Source of the DNA: Monocercomonoides exilis PA203
Taxonomy: Eukaryota; Protista; Preaxostyla
NCBI GenBank assembly: GCA_001643675.2
Contig: LSRY02000049.1
Span: 558,001-622,000 of the forward strand
DNA: 64,000 nt
Direction of reading: 5' to 3'
Part shown: positions 12,401-25,100 of the stretch, piece by piece
Layout: every line of letters begins with the position of its first letter
How positions within the stretch are numbered: position 1 is the stretch's first letter
Program-made: the position numbers and the translations under genes
Notes under the pieces: model-generated
Seen by the model: the letters and a program-made list of their open reading frames with translations, nothing else
Databases searched by the model: none
Told to the model about the DNA's origin: nothing

Positions 12401-15400
12401 TGAACCTCAGTCTCTCCAGCTTGAAGTCTCCATCCGACCCTTCTATTCTCATCATCATCCCTCCTCCATGTCCTCCTGCCCCGTCCTTCCTCTGTGCACT
12501 GCACCCCTCAAAACCCACACTCTCGCTCTTCCCCACCTCCACACGCCCCCCGCCTTCCATCACCACCATCATCCCTCCCCCATCCCCTTTCTCACACACC
12601 CCTTCCAACACACCCCCATCCACTGTCAGCCTGCACCCATCCTTCACAACTGCTTCCATCACTGCCCCGCTCCCTTCCCTCACACACACCCCGCTCGCAT
12701 TCATCTTCTTCACCTCCATCTTCTTCGCCCCTTTGCTCACAATCACCCCCTTTCTGCTCCCTGCCCCACCCGTCACATTCAGCCCCACAATCGTCCCTTC
12801 CGCTGTCTCCCCACTCACCTCCACAAACCCTCGCTCTGTGAACCCCAGCCCATCCAGCGCCACATTCGTCACTGTCACACCCCCTCCACTCACACAGAAC
12901 ACCCCATACCCCACCTTCTCCACTGACACATCTCCACACACTCTGCACTCATCCACCGACAGATCTCCACTCCCCTCCACATGGAACACACACCACTCAT
13001 CCCCCTTCAGCCTCTCTTCCATCACCAGCTCCACCATCGCCACCACTCCTGTCCCACTCACTTCAACCATCCCATTGCCCCCGCTCCCGTCCCCTTTCAT
13101 CACCATCCCACACTCCTCACCCTCCACTCCCCCAATCATCAGCTCTTCCCCTGGCGCAACCCTCACGCTCTCAACAAAGTCGTATCGCCCTTTCACCCTC
13201 ACATCCCACCTGCTCTTCGCCTGCCTCTTCGAGTATCCCACACTCAGGCACTCATACTCGTAAAACCCACACGCCGGCACATCATGCCCATTGTTCCCCA
13301 CACTCACCTTCCCTTCCCGCTCCTTCAGATAATACACCAGCGGGATCACCACCGACCCCCACCTCGTGTCAACCCCTTCTGCACACTCCTCTCCAAACGG
13401 ATTCGCCACACTGAAGAATCCAAATCGCTCTCGCGTCACACACTCCCCCCAGCAACGGCGACACCACAAACACATCCTTTCCATGTGCTGCTTCATTCCC
13501 CACAAACTCCACATTCTTGAACCCATATTCTGCCTTCACGCCTGCCACACACATGTGGATCCCTCCCCCTCGCCCTGTGCCTGCATCTGTGCCAGTGTTT
13601 GCGCACTCACTCCCATCCCCTCTCTCTGCTCGGCATCTGGTCAGCCTTGTTTGTGTTTCTCCCTCCCCAACCACAAGTCTGCTCCCTTCCTCCACCTCCA
13701 CACTCATCCAGCCTCCATTCCCACACATGGCGCTGCAGTCTTCCACCACAACCCCCGACACACCCATCTCCCCACCCCCAGACAGCACCCCTTCCACCAC
13801 CGCCCCGCTCCCTGACACCCTCCCCATCGACGTCATGTTCACCTCCTCCATCCTCATCTGCCTCGCATGGTTCACCCACACCGCACATTTCCCGTCCATC
13901 TGCAGATCGCTCATCGAGCTGTTCCTCAGCGCCGCCTCCCCCTCCAAGATCTCCATCACACACTCCTTCGCCACTCTTCCTGCCACACCACCGCTGATCT
14001 CGCATCCACTCACTTCCAGCTGCCCACTGGCCCCGCTCACACAGCACACTCCACTGCTCGACCCCTCTGCCGCATCATCCACAATCGCCAGGTCCAGCAG
14101 CCCCAGCCACCCATTCCCAACCCAGAACAGCCACCCCCTGCAGTCCCTCGTGTGCACCACTCCTTTCCTCTCTGCTGATGCACTCCCAATCCTCAGCCTC
14201 TTCCCTTCGATCCTCATCCCCTCCTCATAATACTCCCCTTCTTCAACAGACACATTCCCCACTGTCTCGCCGTCTCCTCTCACCACCCCAACCGTGAACC
14301 CTATTGTCCTGCACTTCGCATATGACCCTTCATCCCTCCCGTGCCCACATGTCACATGGTCTGTCCCTGTGCTGCTGCTCACCACAATCGGGTTGTGGCA
14401 CGGCTCCAGCCACTTGCTCTTGTCTCCCAGATCTGACAGATACAGCTTCACTGCTCCCTCACTCACAGACACACAGTGTCTGAAGTCTCCCTCTTTCACA
14501 AACCCATTCCAATCTGATGACCCATACACATCGCATCCTCTCACACTCAAATCCCCATTGTTTCCTGAATTGCTCTCAAAAAAACAAAATTCAACATCAA
14601 CTGAGCAGCTCGCTGATTTGTTCATATAATTTCGAAGGATCACACCACCTCCTCCAATGTTTGTCTGAGTGGAACACCCTCGAAATATTGTTTCATGAAT
14701 ATTTGAATTGACATTTTCCCCCACCATCAATCCACCACCTCCAATTTCAGATGAACAGTTGTTGAATGAGCTGTTCATTATTTTGGAATCTGGAATATCT
14801 TTACACAAACAAATCCCTCCTCCACAGAAACTCGCAATACAATTTGCAAATGAACATTTCAAAATAGAAAGAATTGAATTGCTATTTAGTAAGTAAAAGA
14901 ACAGTCCTCCACCCCAATTAGGATAAGACGTGCAGTTGTTCATTTTTGTGTTTTCAATGATTATATCCATGCAAGACACAATATATGCGCCGCCTCCATG
15001 TCCTCCAAAACATTCATAAAAATAACAAGATTTAATTGAAACATCTTTTGCATTTTGAATTAACAGAGCTCCAGCATTTTCACCTGTTTTGATGGAGTTC
15101 CATTCGACATTTTCAAAGCTCACTGTTTCGTTGTTTGTAATCCTTTCCTTTTTTCCTTCACTGTATTTCTGTTTGCATCTGAAGAATGTCGAGTTGAAAA
15201 CACTTGTCGAGCCACCAGCATTGAAGTCTGCCAGAATGCCTCCATTGATCGGGTTCCACACCTCTTCAAAACTGCATCCACAAGCAGTTGTGCTTTTGCC
15301 CCCACACTCTCTCCTTGTCCCTTGCTCATCACGCCTCGCTTTCCATGTGATGTTTCTGAAATGGCTGTTGTCAAGCCTCACCCATTCGCATCTGCACGAC

Positions 15401-15939
15401 CCAATCAGCGGCTTGCTGCCTGCCACACAAAACGATGAAATTGAAGTGCAACCCAGAAACAAGCAACTTCCTTCTTCACATGAGCACAGCGACCCCATCT
15501 GCCATTGTGCCAAGCCAAATGGCTGCAGCAAGCAGTTCTTCATCTCCAGCAGCCCACCCTTCACATCGAACAGAGGAACATCCAAATGCAAAACATCAAT
15601 CACACAAGCACAAAATGAACACATCGAGAGCTCATCAAGCTGGGCAATGTGTGCGTTTTCAATCACCAAAACTTGAACATATCTCAAACAGAGAGTGGAA
15701 TTTGAGGAGCTCAGAAATCTTTGTATTTTTATAGGCGATAAAGTTTCTTGATTTGAATTGCTGTTTGTGAGCAAAAAGTTGCTCTTGATTTTGGAAACGA
15801 TATCAAAATTTTGCATTGACAGGTTTGCCTTGTTAAAAAGTGATTGACATTTTTCAATTGTTTTTAATTTATCAACATTTATTTCAAAAATGTTAGTTGC
15901 AATACAAAAAACTAATGCTGACAAAGTTGATAAAATCAT
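3460..15939 (-). CDS. Very large type-I membrane receptor-like protein (~4160 aa): signal peptide, ~8 tandem Pmp/pectin-lyase-like beta-helix modules, single TM helix, C-terminal kinase-like (pseudokinase) domain; frame interrupted by two 1-bp homopolymer frameshifts
   Basis: Joins ORFs 13369..15939, 6294..13526 and 3460..6297. Hydrophobic N-terminus MILSTLSALVFCIA; repeated GG(A/G)(I/V/L) and FxxNxA motifs; recurring CG-x4-(P/E)C-x-(S/T); TM VIIIILVVILFIVLIVAISFIV followed by RWKKQKRR (~4812-4880); kinase subdomains VIII-XI (RWKAPELL, VVFSVGMMVWE, IPFG, EDRMTL). Removing one C at 13445-13450 and adding one C at 6297-6300 gives a single continuous frame. Confidence 0.8.
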
Positions 15940-16178
15940 TGATCACTATTCACCATAAATTATATCAAGAAAAGTGTTTATTGTTTTTTAATGTTTCTTT
16001 CAAATTTTTTAAACTAAAACTTTCATCTGTATACAATATATTCCTTTGAAGGATTTTCAATATTAAATTTTGAATTTATTTATTATTTTCTTTTTTTATT
16101 TTGTTTATCTTTTAGGAAAATTTTTAAATATAAATTATTTAAACAAATAAAGAAAAAAAATTTAAATAAAAAACAATT

Positions 16179-19100
16179 TTATAACGTTCCTTTAATGTAA
16201 TATGTCCATGTGCAAGATACAAGTGGGCAAGCGACCGTCAATCTAGCAGAAGATTGAGTTGTTGGTGTTGTTGTTGGCTTGAATTGGACTGGTACCATTG
16301 CAGTTTTCTTTGGTGGAATTTGCTCTGAAGCTTTTACAATAAACGAACTGTTGTCCACAGAAAAAGAGAAAAGGGCTTGTTGATTAAACACGTTTTTCAC
16401 ACTTATATTTACTCCTGTGCCATTTGCTTTAACAATTATTGGACCTTGAGGAGTTGGGGTCTGGCAAAGGCCAACGAGAATGCAAGAGAAAGTTCCAGCT
16501 CGTTCAGAAGACACAGTTAAAGTCGCTTTGCTCGAACCTAACTGAGTTGGTTCAAACAAAACTGGAACTGCAACTTCCACACCAGCAGCTGCTGAAAGTG
16601 CAGCAGGAGCAGTAATTGTTGCTCCACCTCCTGGTAAAGCAATGGAGAATGGACATTGATCAGTGGATATTGATGAAGACCCAACTTTTGATGAAGATTG
16701 AGAAGAAGTGGATTGTGATGATGAGGAGGACGATGAAGAAGAAGTGCCCTCAAGTGATTCATAGCCACTGATCGTACATTTGAAATCTGCATTCCCTCCG
16801 CAATAGCGATTTGTAAAGCGGAACACTTGTGTCTGTTCTCCTCCAAGTGCAACTTTGAAACGAATGTTTTTCTCTGGAGGAGGCGCAAGCGCCACAAGAT
16901 GTAGTGAGAACGTGAATGTTCCCGTTTCGCGTGAAGTGAATGTGAGTGGAACTGTCTCATCCATTACATCAAGTGGAACAAAAGTGATATTGACATTAGC
17001 TTTTCCCATTGGTCCAATTGACACGAGCTGAGGTACATTGACAAACTGAGATGTGCAGCTACTTGTAAGGGAAGCAGCACAATCAGCTGGATTGGTGAGA
17101 GATAAAGTGTGTGAGAGAGGACGTCTGACGGATGTCGAGAGAAGAATTGCTTCGGCAGGCAAAGCTGGCATTGAAATGACTATTACTTTATAGTATTGAT
17201 ATTCTAATGACTCTCCTTCTGATTGTTTAGCTTCTTTCAGCTTCGAAGTTGTGTCTGGCTTATTTTTATCCAACACAAATCGTATCATAATTTCTGATTG
17301 GCCTTCCTTCAATGCTTTCACCGTAACGCGGTATAGCCTCTCCTGTTGTCCACCGACATCCACCGTTGGAGGACCATCAACAGATAGCCCTTGGGCTGTT
17401 CCATTCTCTTCGATGCCAACAAATCCAACTTTGAATCTCCCAGTTGTCTTGAGCCAATTCCGAATACGTAAGGTAAATACTTCCTGTTGATGACAACGTA
17501 TTTCCCATCTCAATGTTTCAACTGGTAACGGGTCTAGTGCTTCTCCGCTAAGCTGCCGAAGAATTCCAGTTCCGTCTGGAAGAGGTATAAATAAAGTTCC
17601 TGGATGAGGCTTTTGAGAATTTTGAGAAATAGCATTTGATTGAGAAGATGAAGCTGAAGCTGAAGCAGATGCAGATGCAGAAGCTGAAGCTGAATTAGTT
17701 GCTGAAATTGACGATGTAGAAACAGATGAAACTGCTGCTTCTCCAGGAATTGACATTCGCATTGGCTGGAATGTCACAGGAACGATAATCTGCCCATTTG
17801 GTTGCACTTCTACTGAACTTGGTCCGGTGAAGTAATCTCCACTTATTGAGCAAGGAAGAGAAAGGCTTGTATTTGGCTTCCTGTTTGATTGAACAGAAGG
17901 AGAAAGTGAAAGAGTTAAATCCTTTGTCAGCTTCTCTCTAACAGGGCATGAAAACGTGATTGTATCTCCATCTGCCTGCTGCGTAATACATGTGCCAGTG
18001 AATGTAGTGAAAAGTTTTTGAGCGGATGTGGTAGTTTGTGTTGAATTTTCAGAAGTGCTTGCTGATACGCCTTCTGTTTTATCTCCAGTAATAATGCATG
18101 GAATATTATCTCTTGTGATATCAACGCTCTGACTTGTTGCAGAAGTAGTTAAAGTCGGAGGCGAAAAAGTTACAAATATCTCCTGATCAGCTCCAGCTTT
18201 GACATAACCCTTTGTTGGTTCCAGCTCAAACTCTGCTCCAAGGTTCCTTGTATCCCAAGAGAACGTAGCTCCTAAATCTCCAGAATTCTGTATTAATATG
18301 CGTCTCTGTAAACGACTTCCTCGCACTACTGGACCAAACGAAAGAATTGGAGTATCTATCTTCACTTCCACACCTAAGCATGCACCAGTCAGAGAAACAA
18401 GTCCAATCCACTGGCCTGCACATTCAGCAACAACAGGAATAGTAAATGGACGGATGCGTTGCTTTGGTGCAAATGTGAATTTGAACTCGGCTGCATCTTG
18501 TGGCTGAAGTGTAGTCTCGGAGGAACAATTCGGTGCGAGTGTGATCGACAGCCCCTTTAATGCTTCCAAACAACGAGAAATTGAGAATTTTGCTGCACAT
18601 TTCATTTTATTGACCACCTTGAAAGATCTTGTGGATGTTTGGCCGCTCCGAAGTTGATTAAATGATAGTCTCTTTCCGGATTCCAGTGCAGATATTGCAT
18701 TCGAAAGTTGAAGTGCTGTTGAAGGTTCAGGTTCCGTTTCGCGTTGTTGAGAAGCTGAAGATGACGAAGCTGGTGCAGGCGAAGGAGATGTTTTTGTTGA
18801 CTTTTGAGCTGATTGAGCTGTCTGTTGGGTGAGTTTAGCAGGTGAAGTTGGGGAAGGAGATCTTGGAGGTTGTTCGACTGAGGATGCTGACGATGAAGCA
18901 GATTGTGAAGCAGCGTTTTGTGCAATGATTGATGCAATTTGAGGAGAAAGAGGGCTCATATTTGGCACTCCTACACAAGGTGGACCTCCTCGAGATGCCA
19001 CTACACCCCGTTCAAGAGGAACATCCAATCGCACTCCAACTCCTTCTCCTGCAGCTCGTACAGTCACGGTGAACAGTCCGTTGACTTCAAATGGGAGTCT

Positions 19101-22100
19101 CCATTCATATTGCTTTGCCTCTCGAGGATTAAAAGTGAAGTGAATGTCTCTGCTTTGTCCAGCTGATAGAAGAACTGGTGCAGCGTCAGATGACAACGCA
19201 TCATTCGCAACAAACAATGGTTCATAGCTGATATCGTAAGATTCTTTATTTGTAACGGTCAAAACAGCCTTTTGCCCTTCAACGGTGTTGTTAACCAGAT
19301 AGCACGGCCCGAAGTCATATGTCATCCAAGAGAATGTCAAGTTTGGCCGATATCCTGTTCCGCTCACCGAGAAATAGAACTGACTTCCATTTGTAATGCG
19401 CAAAGCAGCTGTGATTGCTTCAATGTTTATTGGCGTCTCCGGAGCAAATGAAAGCTCGCAAGCAATCGACTCTCCTCGTTGAAGAGTTCCAAAGAGCGGA
19501 CTCATCTTAACAGTTGATTGGCATTTCTCCCAAAATTGTGCTTCCCTTTCAATCTTGCTCCTTCCTTGTAGCTGTGCTGGAGCTTGCTCAGCCTTTGCTC
19601 CTCCAGCATGTGCTTGTGATGCATTTGCTTTTGTTGAATTTCGTGTTGCTGGATTGCACACAAGATGAGATATTGGTGTGCCTTCACTCGGCCCTTCGAC
19701 CATTGACATTCTCAAAAGTGACCAAGTGAAGTCCATTGGATATTTGCTCTCATTCTTTAGCATGAAGCGACGTGATTTCTTATCTTTAATCTGCACAAGG
19801 CCAAAGTCAATGCTCATAGGAGATGATGCGTCTGCGGGTGCTTGTACGAGGGATGGCCCTCCATTTGATGTAACTGTCGAAAGTGAGGATGACGAAAGAG
19901 GTACAACTTTGCTACCTGTTTGTGAAATGAGGCTGGATGATCTCTGCGTTGTAATCAAAACAGTTGCATCTGTTGAAGGGTCTTTTGGTTCCAGTGTCAA
20001 GCGTTCTTTTACAAGATATCCTTCTCCTTTCGCATTCAAATTCAGCCGTGTTTGCTTTCTGTCCACAATACATGGGATGTTAAAGTTGTAATCTTTTTCC
20101 TCGCAAGGGGTGAATGAAAGAGTGATGCTCATTTCTGATTCTGGCTGAACAACTCCAGACTGTGGGACTATTGACAAAATGGGTGGAAGTGAAGATTGAG
20201 TTTGTGTGGAAGTCTTTCCAGTTGAGCGTCGAAGAGAAGTTGATGATGATGATGACGAAGAGGCTGACTGAGAAGACTGAGAAGAAGTTGTTGATCGAGA
20301 TGTCGAGTTGCCTCTACTTGCTGTCTGCCTTCTTCCAGCTGAGCTTGCTCGGGAATGATGAGTTGCAGCGGATGTTGTGCTTGAGGTGTTAGTACTTTTC
20401 GTAAACGTTCCTGACGAATTTAGTTGCTTCATCAGATCTTTGATTTGAGTCAGATCAAATGAGAATGAGAACGGAACAATTTCACGGTTAACGATTGTGA
20501 ATGTCTCTTCTGTTGTTTTGTTGAGAAGACGAGCATGGAAATTGATGTGATGAGGAGCAAGATACACCATTGGCTCTTCAGATGCTCCTACAAGAAGGAA
20601 AGGCTGAGAACGAGATGATGTGGGAATGCGGAAGCACCACACGGACTCAACTGTGTCGAGAGTGGCAGGAGTGTATTCAAAGATCATCTCTGCCTTCATC
20701 CCTGGCAGAACTGTTCCGCTCTTTGTGAGGCAGCGGAATGGAGAGTTTGCGCTGCTTCTGCCAGTGGCTGCTGATGATGAATGTCTCGATGGAGACAGCA
20801 AAGCAGAAATCGAGGAAGAAGCCGAAGATGATTGCTCAAAGTTGGATGAAGTGAGAAGTGGTTCTTGACATTCCCAAACATATTCCCATGGTAATGCTGT
20901 TGGATTGATGACATGGAATCTCTTGGTATTTTTCACGTTTATTCCTCTTGAATGGAACTCAATCACCTTCGTACCAGGAACCATCGGATGAGAAGCATTT
21001 AGATCATCTGCTCTTCTCATTTCAATGTAATCTGAACTTCCTTCAATTTCGAAATGGCACAGCGGCCTCAGTCCAGTTCCCTTAACAACAATACGTGGTG
21101 GCGCGATTCCTGGCGCTCTGTTAGGCATTTTCAGCCACACTTCTCTTTCAAATGCGCCTGCTTCTTGTGGGGTAAATGATATTTGCAGGCTCTTCTCTTC
21201 TCCTGGAGATATGAGACCAGATGTTGGAAGTACTCTAAATGGAGCAAGTGGATCTGCGTCGACATTTCCAGGAGGAGGAATGCTTTCCACAATTAGCTCT
21301 GTTGTCTCCTGTAGCTCAGAAGGTGGTTGAGTTGGAGTGAGTGGAGGCTGAGGTTGAGAAGTTGTTGCTGAAACAGAAGTTGATGTCATAGTGCTGGAAA
21401 TGATGCTGAGGCGAGAAGCAGAGAACGATTTTCCAACGTCATCATCATACACATTGTGGAAAGCCTTTGTTTTGGTATTCCACATTGCTTTTTCCAGCTG
21501 AGTTAATGGTAAGTGGACAAATACTTCAAATGGAAGTGCAACTTTACCAGTATTCCGAATTGGAATTGAGAATGTTCTTGTTTGGAACATCATTGTTTCC
21601 TTGAAAGGAACATCTTTCATTTCAATTGAATATCGAGTGTAATCGCTAACACCATGAAGAAGAAGAAAGACCTGACCAAGTGGAGATGGTTGAGGAAGTG
21701 ACAGAGGATTCACTTGAGCTGGTTGTTGAGTGTTGCCAGATGCTGCACCTGAAGCCTTTGCAGGTGGTTTCGCTGCTCCACCAGCAGAAGCTCCAGCCTG
21801 TCCGGGCTTTGAAGATGAGGCGCTTGCAGAAGAAGGTACAGGCTCTTCAGGTGTGGAAATAGGAATAATCTCATATTCTGGTTCTGATTCAATCTCAACA
21901 ACTCTTCTTGGCCTTATTTGAGATTCACTAACTGAATGTGTTAATTGAAGAGATTGGTCGGTTGCAAACGATCCTGGACGAGGTGTGCTTGATTGTGAGT
22001 AAGAGTCATCTCTGATCCATCTCACGACTTTCATTGAGTCATCCCATTCAGGCATCTCCAATCCTTTTGCTGCTGCTTCCAATATTGTGCGATCAGTGTA

Positions 22101-25100
22101 TTTGATTGGCTGAAGTCGGCAAATAAGAGGATATGTAACAGCCTGCACGGCAGTTGGAGCAAATTTCACGGTTATTGTTTTCGTTCCATGAGGAGGTAAA
22201 TGTCCAACTGAAGGCGATAGTGAAAAATCTGTGAAGCATGGAACATACGCTTCTGCAGTCGGCCAAATCGGAGGAAGCTCGTTCTGCTTTGAGTCTTGAG
22301 CAGCACTGTCGTTTTTGGCTGCATCATTTCCAGTTGTCTTTCCTTTTTGAGATGAGCCGGCTGGTGCTTTGTTGTTTGATTTCCCTCCAGTTGGTGTAAG
22401 AGGAATGCCGCTTGCCGCTGCAGCAAGAACTTCGGCATCTTTTCTCTCTCGTTCTTCTTGTTGCTGTTGCAAAAGAGACTTTATTATTTTGTCGATTGAC
22501 GCTTGTGAATAATTTCCCTGCTGATTTTGTGGAGTTCCGACCGGATCGAATGAAAAGCGAAGCACATTGTTTGTTGTATTTTGAATGAAAAATGTTATTT
22601 CTTTTGTCTCCCCAAGCAGCACATCTCCAAATGAAAGTATATCTGTCATGTTTGATACTATTTGAGCAGAAGTTGCTCCAAGTCCCAAAGCCACTAACCC
22701 TTCTTGTGCCATTTTCTCTGCCTGAGCATTCTGATCTCCACCGGCGTTTGCTCCTCCTTTCGTCGCATTGGATGCTTGCGGCTTTGCTGGTACTTTTTCT
22801 TTCCCGGCAGATGCTCCTGCTGCTGCTCCCTGCGCTTTTTGAGATACAGCTGCTGCTGCTGCATTGGCAGCCGCTTGATTCTTTTCTGCAATCTGTATTT
22901 GTGCGTTTGAAAGAGATGTTGCTTCAATAAGTTCGGCCAAAACAGACGGCGTTAGTGTTGAAGGAGCAGGAGGCAAGTTTTCGAATGTGACAACAGAATG
23001 GAATGATTCACCACGAAGAATCACACTTGCTTCATCATATTCGTTATTTTCTGCAGTGATTCGAACAGTATCTGTGTGTGAACCTGGTGACATTGGGTGA
23101 TAACGAACATCAATCCTTGTTGTTTCCTGTGGCTCCAAGTGGAAGTAAATGCCAGCTCTTTGCCGACTTCTTCTTGGAGAAGAAGGCTTTGCCGAATTTG
23201 TAAGTGAAGTGCCACTGCTAGTTGTCATTGAAACTGTTTTTGTTGTGCGCTCAATATTCGACGAAGCATTTCCTCCCAACAACAGCTCAGAGTTTGCTAA
23301 CGTGACAGTGAAATTGGCTGATTCTGGGAAATCTATCTTTGCGGTGCAAGGAACAACTCCATCATTCTTCACAGTAAATGATGAAGTGGATTCTCTGCCA
23401 ACAAGCGTTCGCATCAGGTTAACAATACATTTTCCAACATCGTCTGAAGGAGTGGCTGAAGAAGCAGAAGCAGAACTCTGCGCTGGAGCATTGCCCTTAG
23501 CATCCTTTTTCTTTGGTTCTTCTTCTGCACGGCGAGTTACAGGCAATGGATCGACAACAACAACACGAGGAAGGGCTCCTTCTCCTTTAAGATCGAAGAT
23601 AAGTGACTTTATTTCAGCAAGCATCGCTTGTTCTGCCTGTTGCAATGCAGCAGCATTAGCAGCATTGTTATTTGAAGAAGATGATGCGCCTTGTTGTTTG
23701 CCTCCAGCAGTTGGCTTTGTATCTGTACTTGAACCAGAAAGAGAAGAGGATGGGAAAGCTATGAGATTTGCCTCCACAACAGCTGCAAATGTTGCTTCAT
23801 ATTCGCGAAGTGATGTTGGCAAAAATGTGACAGAGACAATGCGATGTTCGTGTGGAGGAATCGACAGCCGCTTTGGTTCAATGTCGAATCCGAGCTGTTC
23901 CGGAGATAAAGATTGCGTTTGAGCGGGTTGAGCTGCTTGCGAAGAAGCACCAGGCTTGGTTGTATTCCCCTTTCCACCTGCATTGCCTTGTCCATTTCCT
24001 GAAGCTGATGCCTGTTTTGGTCGAATGGACAACGCAACATCGCAAGGAATCTTATTTGGATTTGTGAGCTTAAAGCGCTGAGTTACTGTAGACCCAACGA
24101 TAAGCGGTCCAAACAAGAAGCATTTCTCATACAGAGCATAAACATTTGGTTGAAGATGGAACAAGTCAATGCGTGGTACAACGGCCTGTTCTTCAAACAC
24201 TCCCTCGATGTTGGCAATATCCAATCCAGGTACACAACATTCTCCGCTTAACTCGAATGGAGAGCCCAGCGCATTAACTTCAGAAGGATTGGCACCTGCA
24301 ATTATCACACGCAAATTCTCTGCAAATGCAGCTGTTGAATCCCAAAGGAAGTCAACCGAAATCGCCACAGACGCACCCGATGCGACTGTTCCAGCAGCTG
24401 GACGAATGGTAAACGGTCCAATGTTGAGACGCTCAAACTTGGGATCTTGCAGAAAAGAAGCGTTGTTGTTTCCTTGTGCGTTTGCTCCGCCCTTTTGAGC
24501 AGTTTGAGTTGTTGGCTTCTTCTGCTGTGCAGCTCCTGGCTTTGCGCCAGGCAAAGGTGTTGTTGAAGTCGGTTGTGGATTGTTAGCTGAATAAATGTTG
24601 GCCATTAATGCTGCATTATCCTTTGCATCTTTTTCTTGGCAAACAATGTACTGAAGATCAAATGTTCCTGTGTTGTGCAATTCAAATACTTTTGTTCTTG
24701 GTTGGCAAGCAGCAATTGCTCCAAAGTTGATTCCGTGAGTTGGCTGCAAGCGATATTTGCTGAAGAGAGCTTTTCCTTTCAGTGGAATTGGTATGATGCA
24801 GGACACATTCGCATTGTCTGCTTGTGATTCAAAGATTTTAATTTGGATGTCTTCCGTTGAATCGATCGCTACCTCCTTTGGAGAGCACCATGTTACTGTC
24901 ATCATTTCGCCTGTTGGTTTTCCAACTGGAAGCAATCCATTCATTGGAACAACCGTTATGAGTGACTTAACTGCTTCGCTCAGCACAACTTCAAACTTTG
25001 AGTCGTATTTGCCTGTGTTGCGGACAGTAACAAACTGTTGTTTGCCTTCAGTAACGCGCAATGTGCCAAAGTCGAGTCCATCAGGCGCCGGTTGGAAGAC

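Noticed and set aside
6290-13455. Programmed ribosomal frameshifting or micro-introns at the two receptor ORF junctions
   Set aside because: No X_XXY_YYZ slippery heptamer and no AT-rich intron-like sequence; single-base homopolymer corrections restore continuous module motifs.
3349-15734. Many long + strand ORFs (up to 532 aa; Pro/Ser/Thr/His-rich) over the receptor gene
   Set aside because: Antisense shadows of a G-rich coding strand that is poor in reverse-strand stops; no recognisable domains.
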